The notes below the pieces were generated by a model. That model was not told the DNA's origin, did not search any database, and saw only the letters and a program-made list of their open reading frames with translations. A stretch of DNA of 64,000 nucleotides from a virus: the IMG/VR virus record IMGVR_UViG_3300044638_008494, positions 43,023 to 107,022 of that record; one strand, written 5' to 3'. A program made the position numbers and the translations under genes. This document shows positions 58,826 through 64,000 of this stretch, piece after piece. Position 1 is the stretch's first letter, and each line of letters begins with the position of its first letter.

Positions 58826-59017
58826 ATGAGAAACAACAGAAGCTGGCGCGACGAAGAACGCGAAGCAACCCTCGACTACCCGCTGGCCGTGGATCGTGAA
58901 GATCCCGCCTACCGGCAGAACCCAGACGCTTACGAGCGTGAAATCGAGCGCCTTAATCGGCACGAAGGCTGGGAGCGTAGCCGTTGCGGTTACTACTATA
59001 GCCGCAACTACCGCTGA
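58826..59017 (+). CDS. Early hypothetical protein
   Basis: 63 aa, start fits promoter. Confidence 0.7.
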   Translation: MRNNRSWRDEEREATLDYPLAVDREDPAYRQNPDAYEREIERLNRHEGWERSRCGYYYSRNYR

Positions 59018-59026
59018 AAAAGCCTC

Positions 59027-59055
59027 TTGACTTTCAGCCCATTTTCACCGATACT
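59027..59055 (+). promoter_or_regulatory. Sigma70-type early promoter, leaderless
   Basis: TTGACT-17-GATACT; ATG at 59062. Confidence 0.65.
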
Positions 59056-59061
59056 TTCGAT

Positions 59062-59229
59062 ATGACAGAAAACACCACACCTACTGGCTGGCCCGAAGTC
59101 TGGAACTTCGACGAACCCAAAGACGACAACCTCACCCCAGAGGAAGCGTTTGACATCCTTTTCGGCTACGCCGAGGAGCGTCATCGCAACGACCCGTGCG
59201 CTCGTCCCGCCCCCAAACCCAAACACTAA
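59062..59229 (+). CDS. Early hypothetical protein, 55 aa (not in ORF track)
   Basis: MTENTTPTGWPEVWNFDEPK...PKPKH, hand-translated. Confidence 0.65.
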   Translation: MTENTTPTGWPEVWNFDEPKDDNLTPEEAFDILFGYAEERHRNDPCARPAPKPKH

Positions 59230-59233
59230 CACT

Positions 59234-59443
59234 ATGACAAACACAGACGGCATCATCAAGTCGCTTGAAACCCTTATCAAGCATGAAAAAGCAATTCAAC
59301 GCCAAGGGGATCAAATCGAAGAAATAAAAAATGTCATTCAAGGAACCTTGCAAACAATTCAAGGCTTGATTGTGGTCAACGCTGTTCTCACAAGAGAGAT
59401 TGAAAATTTGCGAAATAACAAGCCTTTCTTTGGACTGAACTAA
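59234..59443 (+). CDS. Early coiled-coil protein
   Basis: MTNTDGIIKSLETL..., starts 4 nt after the previous stop. Confidence 0.65.
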   Translation: MTNTDGIIKSLETLIKHEKAIQRQGDQIEEIKNVIQGTLQTIQGLIVVNAVLTREIENLRNNKPFFGLN

Positions 59444-59444
59444 C

Positions 59445-59600
59445 ATGAGCAGAATCATTATGACAATCGACACGCGACCGCTTGCGCGTGTCATAGAGCG
59501 CAGCGTCCGCAAGACATCTTGCCGCCCATCCTTCGCTATGCGCGTCAAGACAAAATTCTCACGCAAGGCAAAGTTTTTTCGCGGTTGGAAAGACGAGTAA
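59445..59600 (+). CDS. Basic early protein, 51 aa (not in ORF track)
   Basis: MSRIIMTIDTRPL...KTKFSRKAKFFRGWKDE; its stop is the first TAA of R3. Confidence 0.55.
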   Translation: MSRIIMTIDTRPLARVIERSVRKTSCRPSFAMRVKTKFSRKAKFFRGWKDE

Positions 59601-59672
59601 AGCGTTGGTAATCAAGCACTTGCGTTACCGGGCCGGGCCGCCGGGCGTAAGTCGTTGATAGTGAAAGACTTA
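59598..59672. repeat. Cassette repeat R3
   Basis: taaagcgttggtaatcaagcacttg-cgttaccgggccgggccgccgggcg-taagtcgttgatagtgaaagactta. Confidence 0.95.
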
Positions 59673-59700
59673 TATAAAATGTTTTTTTAAAAAAAATTCA

Positions 59701-59728
59701 TTGACTTTATTCAAAAATCACTCATAAT
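59701..59728 (+). promoter_or_regulatory. Sigma70-type early promoter, leaderless
   Basis: TTGACT-16-CATAAT; ATG at 59735. Confidence 0.7.
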
Positions 59729-59734
59729 AAAGTT

Positions 59735-60040
59735 ATGAAAAAAATAATTAAAAGAGTTATAGTTACCGCATTAGCAACTGTCAGCATTGCAATGAACTGC
59801 ATTTTTGGCTTTATAATATATGCCTCATTGAAGTCAGAAGCGAACATGAAAACTTTTTGCAATTCCGAGATCGCACAAAAAGCATCTGTCACTACTCTGA
59901 AAGAAAATGGCCAATTAATGCTGCTGCTTAACAGAGATGGTAAAGAAATAAAAATAAATATTCTTGAAGCTGCTAAAAATAAACTGGCATTTGATATTCT
60001 GTCAGGTTTTTCTGCCCACGAAAAACATATTAAAAATTAG
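59735..60040 (+). CDS. Membrane-anchored protein, AT-rich
   Basis: 101 aa with an N-terminal hydrophobic helix. Confidence 0.7.
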   Translation: MKKIIKRVIVTALATVSIAMNCIFGFIIYASLKSEANMKTFCNSEIAQKASVTTLKENGQLMLLLNRDGKEIKINILEAAKNKLAFDILSGFSAHEKHIKN

Positions 60041-60047
60041 TTTTATA

Positions 60048-60122
60048 TAAACCCTTGAAAATCAACAACTTACGTAGCCGGGCCGGGCCGCCGGGCGTAA
60101 GTGCTTGATAATGAACGACTTA
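60048..60122. repeat. Cassette repeat R4
   Basis: taaacccttgaaaatcaacaactta-cgtagccgggccgggccgccgggcg-taagtgcttgataatgaacgactta. Confidence 0.95.
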
Positions 60123-60134
60123 TGCAAAACACCA

Positions 60135-60151
60135 TTCAAGAAGCGTGCCAA
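60135..60151 (-). promoter_or_regulatory. Sigma54-like -24/-12 element
   Basis: Minus strand TTGGCACGCTTCTTGAA, 12 nt from R4. Confidence 0.5.
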
Positions 60152-60212
60152 GTCTGGGCGAAATGATAAAAAATCTTGCAAAAAATTTTTCAAGGTTGTG
60201 AAAAAAAATCGC

Positions 60213-60241
60213 TTGCACTTTTTCCGAGGTCGTGCTACTTT
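60213..60241 (+). promoter_or_regulatory. Sigma70-type early promoter, leaderless
   Basis: TTGCAC-17-TACTTT with extended TG; ATG at 60248. Confidence 0.65.
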
Positions 60242-60247
60242 TTAACC

Positions 60248-60775
60248 ATGAAAGAGAAAAAAACAATCGAAGAAAGAAAGGCGTATTGTCTTTTGATGTT
60301 TTGTTTTTTTTCATTCATAGCTTTTTTGTTAGCACGCGCAGGAATGTTGTTTGCTGCTGCGAATATCATTGTGGGAACAATCATTCTTTTGCTCTCTTTT
60401 TTCTTCCTGTATGTTGGATCAGCCTTTTTGGCGATTCAAGTAGTTTCTTGGATCGGTAACAATTTTGGAAAAATTTTTACTTTTGGCGGCCACTTCAATA
60501 AACCACAACCCGCTTACAGCCTGCCAGATGGCCTTGCCGCTACCGGACAAAACGCTTGCGCTATCCTTGCCTACAATGAACTTGCAAAAAATCATCCCGA
60601 AGAAATCTTGCCCCATCTTCGCGTGATGAGGATATGGATTGAAAAAATGAATGACGTTGACGCTGCGGTTATGGCTTACAATCTCGCCTTAAAAAAAATT
60701 CGCGGACAAAAAAATCGCAATGAGTTTGTAAAAATGGCAAAAAATAACTTCAGCAAATTCATCAGCTTTGAATGA
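60248..60775 (+). CDS. Membrane protein with a TPR-like helical C-terminus
   Basis: Two or three hydrophobic segments, then PAYS...GQ...AILAYNELAKNHPEE. Confidence 0.7.
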   Translation: MKEKKTIEERKAYCLLMFCFFSFIAFLLARAGMLFAAANIIVGTIILLLSFFFLYVGSAFLAIQVVSWIGNNFGKIFTFGGHFNKPQPAYSLPDGLAATGQNACAILAYNELAKNHPEEILPHLRVMRIWIEKMNDVDAAVMAYNLALKKIRGQKNRNEFVKMAKNNFSKFISFE

Positions 60776-60793
60776 GTGTCATAGTAATGTCAT

Positions 60794-60824
60794 AAAGCGT
60801 CCGCGCAAGCGGGCGTTTTACTTT
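60794..60824 (+). terminator. Intrinsic terminator
   Basis: AAAGCGTCCGC-GCAA-GCGGGCGTTTT (GNRA loop). Confidence 0.7.
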
Positions 60825-60843
60825 GCGCGAATCCAATTCTCCA

Positions 60844-60918
60844 TAAACCCTTGAAAATCAACAACTTACGTAGCCGGGCCGGGCCGCCGGGCGTAACCCC
60901 TTGATAATCAAGCACTTA
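60844..60918. repeat. Cassette repeat R5
   Basis: First 53 nt identical to R4; right box taaccccttgataatcaagcactta. Confidence 0.95.
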
Positions 60919-60930
60919 TGCATTATAGCA

Positions 60931-60947
60931 TTCAAGAAGTGTGCCAA
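60931..60947 (-). promoter_or_regulatory. Sigma54-like -24/-12 element
   Basis: Minus strand TTGGCACACTTCTTGAA, 12 nt from R5. Confidence 0.5.
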
Positions 60948-60986
60948 TCGTAGCGAATGGGCAAAAATAAAAAATAAAAAAATCCC

Positions 60987-61014
60987 TTGCATTTCTGCGG
61001 CTCTGTGATATTCT
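60987..61014 (+). promoter_or_regulatory. Sigma70-type early promoter, leaderless
   Basis: TTGCAT-16-TATTCT with extended TG; ATG at 61021. Confidence 0.7.
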
Positions 61015-61020
61015 TTAAAC

Positions 61021-61173
61021 ATGGAAAAGAAAATGACTCAATACGCGGACAAGCTCAATGCCTTCCGCGCTGGCGAAATCACCGAGGACGAATGGAAAGC
61101 GTTCTGCTTTGAAGCTCTCTCCGAGATCCTCGAAGACACGAAAGATGTCCTCATCAGGCTGAAAAACGCTTGA
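61021..61173 (+). CDS. Early hypothetical protein, 50 aa (not in ORF track)
   Basis: MEKKMTQYADKLNAFRAGEITEDEWKAFC...RLKNA. Confidence 0.65.
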   Translation: MEKKMTQYADKLNAFRAGEITEDEWKAFCFEALSEILEDTKDVLIRLKNA

Positions 61174-61198
61174 CTCAATCGCAACAATTAAACATACT
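61170..61198 (+). promoter_or_regulatory. Sigma70-type early promoter, leaderless
   Basis: TTGACT-17-CATACT; ATG at 61205. Confidence 0.7.
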
Positions 61199-61204
61199 AT
61201 CACC

Positions 61205-61384
61205 ATGAATAAACAAACACCACAAAAAGCCCAACTCTGGGCAGTCGGAAACAAAGTCTATCGCGTCATCCGTAACGAAGGCGACAAGACTCACGTTCAC
61301 CATCACGGAGAAATGGCCCTGTTCTACACGCGCCATTTGAAAATGGCGACACCTTCCCAAGTTGCGGAATACTTGGGAAAATAG
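61205..61384 (+). CDS. Early hypothetical protein, 59 aa (not in ORF track)
   Basis: MNKQTPQKAQLWAVGNKVYRVIR...VAEYLGK. Confidence 0.65.
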   Translation: MNKQTPQKAQLWAVGNKVYRVIRNEGDKTHVHHHGEMALFYTRHLKMATPSQVAEYLGK

Positions 61385-61385
61385 T

Positions 61386-61414
61386 TTGACAATCACCACA
61401 AAACCTAACAGAAT
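61386..61414 (+). promoter_or_regulatory. Sigma70-type early promoter, leaderless
   Basis: TTGACA-17-CAGAAT; ATG at 61421. Confidence 0.65.
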
Positions 61415-61420
61415 AACAAC

Positions 61421-61609
61421 ATGACAAAAAAACAATTCACCGCCATTGCTCACATCTTGGCAAAACGCTTGGCCGAAAAAGTCAAAGCTCCCATCGGAGA
61501 ATACGAAGTTGTCGAAGTCCTCGCCTTGGACTTGGCGAAATACTTCTCGACAGAAAACCCTCGTTTCGACGAAGATCGCTTTTTGGAAGCTGTCTACACT
61601 CACAGATAA
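61421..61609 (+). CDS. Small phage protein (MTKKQFTAIA...ENPRFDEDRFLEA)
   Basis: 62 aa; NPRFD..RF..A pattern. Confidence 0.75.
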   Translation: MTKKQFTAIAHILAKRLAEKVKAPIGEYEVVEVLALDLAKYFSTENPRFDEDRFLEAVYTHR

Positions 61610-61614
61610 AAACC

Positions 61615-61704
61615 ATGTCAATCTGGGTTCCACTCTTTTACCTTTGCATCATGCCAGCCGCTTGCGGATTCTTAATCCTCTGGGCTGATTCCAGAAAAAA
61701 ATAA
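61615..61704 (+). CDS. 29-aa membrane peptide
   Basis: MSIWVPLFYLCIMPAACGFLILWADSRKK, tightly packed between neighbours. Confidence 0.45.
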   Translation: MSIWVPLFYLCIMPAACGFLILWADSRKK

Positions 61705-61708
61705 TCAC

Positions 61709-61888
61709 ATGAAAAAATACATCACATTCGACAAGATTGCTTACGCAATGTCCCTCTCAACCTTCATCTTCATCGCGGTAACGCTTTGCGCTGCTTGTGT
61801 TAACTTGCAAAACAGAACCAGCAAGAACCAAAAGCAAATGCAGGAAGAAGTCCGCGCAATGTTTGCCCACATCGAGGCACCTCTATGA
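61709..61888 (+). CDS. 59-aa single-pass membrane protein
   Basis: MKKYITFDKIAYAMSLSTFIFIAVTLCAAC...; ATGA overlap with the next gene. Confidence 0.6.
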   Translation: MKKYITFDKIAYAMSLSTFIFIAVTLCAACVNLQNRTSKNQKQMQEEVRAMFAHIEAPL

Positions 61889-62085
61889 TTACCCCCAATA
61901 TCCAAAAAGCTCTTGAGTCAAACGGAGTCCGTTTCTTTGCAAAAGACTTTCTCATGGAAGGCATGAGGAAAGATTGCGTTGACGCTGTGCATGATGCAAA
62001 ACTCGTTTATGAGTTGCTGCGCGAACGCATGGAAGCTATTCTTTCACTCACGCCAACTTATCCAGAAACAGAAACAAATGAGTAA
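61885..62085 (+). CDS. Early hypothetical protein
   Basis: 66 aa; KDCVDAVHDA motif. Confidence 0.7.
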   Translation: MITPNIQKALESNGVRFFAKDFLMEGMRKDCVDAVHDAKLVYELLRERMEAILSLTPTYPETETNE

Positions 62086-62266
62086 AGACCAAGTCAAAGC
62101 CGTGTGCGATTACTCGCATGATGTCATAATGAAAATCAAAGCCGTGTTGGGGTTCAAAAAGAAAAGTCCTTCGCTTCTTTGTCATAGTCTCGCGCACCTC
62201 AACACCGCGACATGGCTTGAGCGCGCGGTCTGCAACGGCACAATCATGGACTACAAGCCGCGATAA
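62078..62266 (+). CDS. Early hypothetical protein (MSKDQVKAV...)
   Basis: ATG overlaps the end of the upstream gene. Confidence 0.6.
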   Translation: MSKDQVKAVCDYSHDVIMKIKAVLGFKKKSPSLLCHSLAHLNTATWLERAVCNGTIMDYKPR

Positions 62267-62268
62267 CG

Positions 62269-62343
62269 TAAGTCGTTAGCAATCAAGCACTTATGCTACC
62301 GGGCCGGGCCGCCGGGCGTAAGTCGTTCAAAATCAATAACTTA
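62269..62343. repeat. Cassette repeat R6
   Basis: taagtcgttagcaatcaagcactta-tgctaccgggccgggccgccgggcg-taagtcgttcaaaatcaataactta. Confidence 0.95.
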
Positions 62344-62428
62344 TGAATAAGTGCAGATACTATCATGCCCATGAGAGAATTTCAAGTAAAAAAGCAAAAA
62401 ATAATTTTTAAAAAAATAAAAAAATTCA

Positions 62429-62456
62429 TTGCGTTTTCCATGATGTGTGGTATACT
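62429..62456 (+). promoter_or_regulatory. Sigma70-type promoter with no protein ORF behind it
   Basis: TTGCGT-16-TATACT with extended TG; the position 6 nt downstream reads ATG ATT TAA. Confidence 0.7.
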
Positions 62457-62462
62457 GCTTAC

Positions 62463-62663
62463 ATGATTTAAAAACAAAAGACATAATCCAGCCCAAAGAG
62501 AACCTTGGGTGTGCAAGCTGGATGTCTCACTTTCACCCTACTTTTTCTTTGAAATTTTTGATAGGACAAGAGGTTCTCCATCGAGAAGGGTTGATCGCCG
62601 GAAAAAAGGTGGAGACGTAAGCGTCGGATCGTAATGACAAGGCCTACTCCTATCAATTTTTTT
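62463..62663 (+). ncRNA. Candidate structured non-coding RNA (~200 nt)
   Basis: Own promoter, no ORF, several stems, 9-bp closing helix followed by a T tract. Confidence 0.45.
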
Positions 62664-62664
62664 C

Positions 62665-62693
62665 TTTACTTTTTTTTCTGATTCTGTTACTTT
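62665..62693 (+). promoter_or_regulatory. Sigma70-type early promoter, leaderless
   Basis: TTTACT-17-TACTTT with extended TG; ATG at 62700. Confidence 0.55.
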
Positions 62694-62699
62694 AGCTTT

Positions 62700-62894
62700 A
62701 TGACAAAAGAAACCACTAAATGCCCCAAGTGCGGGGGGAAAGCCACGCAAACCTACGAGCCACCCTATCAGGAATACGCTGGAGCCAGCGTGCAGGGCGG
62801 CTACTACTTCGTGGAGTGCGCTTGCGGCCACGAAGGCTTCGAGAAGGCCAGTCTCGACGACTACAACTGGCAAGAGAATACAAGGGGCTGGTAA
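62700..62894 (+). CDS. Small zinc-ribbon early protein
   Basis: CPKCGG...ECACGH; its stop is the first TAA of R7. Confidence 0.7.
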   Translation: MTKETTKCPKCGGKATQTYEPPYQEYAGASVQGGYYFVECACGHEGFEKASLDDYNWQENTRGW

Positions 62895-62966
62895 CCCCTT
62901 CATTCTCAAGGACTTGCGTTACCGGGCCGGGCCGCCGGGCGTAAGTCGTTGAATATCAGCAACTTA
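62892..62966. repeat. Cassette repeat R7
   Basis: taaccccttcattctcaaggacttg-cgttaccgggccgggccgccgggcg-taagtcgttgaatatcagcaactta. Confidence 0.95.
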
Positions 62967-62978
62967 TAGATTATCCCG

Positions 62979-62995
62979 TTCAAAAAGTGTGCCAA
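62979..62995 (-). promoter_or_regulatory. Sigma54-like -24/-12 element
   Basis: Minus strand TTGGCACACTTTTTGAA, 12 nt from R7. Confidence 0.5.
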
Positions 62996-63044
62996 GTCTC
63001 GCACCAAGTAGAAAAAAAATATTTTTTTAATCATAAAAAATCCC

Positions 63045-63072
63045 TTGCGTTTTTGCGCGGCTGTGCTACTCT
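63045..63072 (+). promoter_or_regulatory. Sigma70-type early promoter, leaderless
   Basis: TTGCGT-16-TACTCT with extended TG; ATG at 63079. Confidence 0.7.
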
Positions 63073-63078
63073 ATAAGC

Positions 63079-63231
63079 ATGACAGAGAAAGAAAAAGAAT
63101 TGGCGAAGCTCTACGCTCAACTTGAACAAGCCGCAGAGGACTTACTCAACCCTTGTCTGGACGATCAAACAACTTGCTTGCTTGTCCACATGAACAAGCT
63201 CCGCAAAAAAATCCGCGAAGCTCAAAAATAA
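63079..63231 (+). CDS. Early helical protein, 50 aa (not in ORF track)
   Basis: MTEKEKELAKLYAQLEQAAEDLLN...KIREAQK. Confidence 0.65.
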   Translation: MTEKEKELAKLYAQLEQAAEDLLNPCLDDQTTCLLVHMNKLRKKIREAQK

Positions 63232-63269
63232 TCCTTGCAACCGAAAACAAAATCAAAGAAAATAAAATT

Positions 63270-63512
63270 ATGAAAATCACCAAGACTGACCTCTACGACA
63301 CCCTCATCCAAGCTCGCGTAGCTTTGTCAAAAGACATCCGCGAAACCTTGCGCGGTCGCCGTCACTCTTTCTCTCCGAACCTCTTGCGGGAATCTGTCCG
63401 CGAAAAAATCGCTGCCTATCGGTTGCTCTCCAACCTCTCGGAAATCAACGCGGAAACCTACACGCACAGCAAGCGTGACCTCGCTCGCGTAAAAAAAGCT
63501 CTTGCCAAGTAA
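63270..63512 (+). CDS. Basic early protein (MKITKTDL...)
   Basis: Start 63270 fits a weak TTGCAA-17-GAAAAT-6-ATG promoter. Confidence 0.65.
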   Translation: MKITKTDLYDTLIQARVALSKDIRETLRGRRHSFSPNLLRESVREKIAAYRLLSNLSEINAETYTHSKRDLARVKKALAK

Positions 63513-63537
63513 CGCAATCTCTGACAAAATCACCACC

Positions 63538-64000
63538 ATGACACTACTAAGCACCAACAACACCAAAATCAAAAAAGGCGAAAAGCTCGGCTGGCGCACT
63601 TACGGCCTTTCACTCTCACCCGCTGGCAAAAGTGGCAAACAATTCTGTCCGCATCGCTCGGCTGGCTGTGAGTTTGCTTGTCTCGACACTTCGGGCATGG
63701 GCATCTTTTCAAACGTGCAAGACGCACGCCTTGCAAAGTCGCGTTTCTTCATCGACAACCGCAACGAGTTTCTTTCTCAGTTGCATAAAGAATTGCACAA
63801 TGCAGAAAAGTGGAGCGCAAAAAATAATATGCCTGTCGCCGTTCGTCCGAACGTGCTTTCTGATCTGCCTTGGCATAAGCTGATCGACATGGCGCGCTTT
63901 CCGTCAATTCAGTTTTACGATTACACGCCGAACCTTCAACGCATGATGCAGTTTCTAAACGGCGAGTTGCCTAAAAATTATCATCTGACCTTCTCGCGCA
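63538..64000 (+). CDS. Gp88-like Cys-rich (radical-SAM-related) phage protein, truncated by the right edge
   Basis: Hand-translated MTLLSTNNTKIKKG...SLSPAGKSGKQFCPHRSAGCEFACLDTSG...VRPNVLSD...FYDYT...NYHLTFS; frame open to the end. Confidence 0.7.
   Translation, partial: MTLLSTNNTKIKKGEKLGWRTYGLSLSPAGKSGKQFCPHRSAGCEFACLDTSGMGIFSNVQDARLAKSRFFIDNRNEFLSQLHKELHNAEKWSAKNNMPVAVRPNVLSDLPWHKLIDMARFPSIQFYDYTPNLQRMMQFLNGELPKNYHLTFSR

Noticed and set aside
62558-62656. tRNA gene
   Set aside because: No T-loop GTTCRA, no canonical cloverleaf spacing and no CCA; kept only as a generic ncRNA candidate
57692-62966. CRISPR array
   Set aside because: Repeats are 75 bp and lie 450-1425 bp apart, separated by promoter- and gene-bearing DNA; no cas genes in the window
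57692-62966. Integron attC cassette array
   Set aside because: No RYYYAAC...GTTRRRY ends, cassettes carry their own promoters, and no integrase is seen
56983-63599. Minus-strand ORFs in the early region (e.g. 56983-57660, 57813-58298, 61175-61633)
   Set aside because: They are antisense to plus-strand genes whose starts are fixed by consistent promoter geometry
1-64000. Alternative genetic code
   Set aside because: Long, tightly packed ORFs under the standard code; TAA, TGA and TAG all occur as stops

Overview
Part of a large tailed dsDNA phage genome (standard genetic code; siphovirus-like, as no sheath gene is seen in this window). It has three zones. (1) 1-40101, minus strand, AT-rich morphogenesis arm: PhoH, Zn-ribbon protein, phage sigma factor, ERCC4-type nuclease, large terminase, portal, four fibre-like genes, protease/scaffold, decoration protein, major capsid, head-tail proteins, tail tube, chaperones, a 3108-aa tape measure and tail-tip proteins. 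(2) 40204-56050, plus strand: eight paralogous virion/fibre genes, followed by a convergent metallophosphoesterase. (3) From ~57000, a visibly GC-richer early region of tiny leaderless genes with sigma70-type promoters, divided by seven 75-bp repeats. Highlights: (a) three fibre proteins built from a ~90-110-aa Ser/Thr-Gly module inserted recursively inside itself, with openers and closers balancing like brackets (7, 7 and 4 modules); (b) a tape measure with eight AxGF(I/V)PNFA-type motifs delimiting putative cargo domains (two PD-(D/E)xK nuclease-like, one kinase-like); (c) an early-gene cassette array bounded by box-GC core-box repeats with IHF-consensus sites and an antisense sigma54-like element at fixed spacing; (d) a candidate structured ncRNA and a TGTAAT late-promoter motif. 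All functional calls come from motifs and synteny read by eye; no database searches were run.
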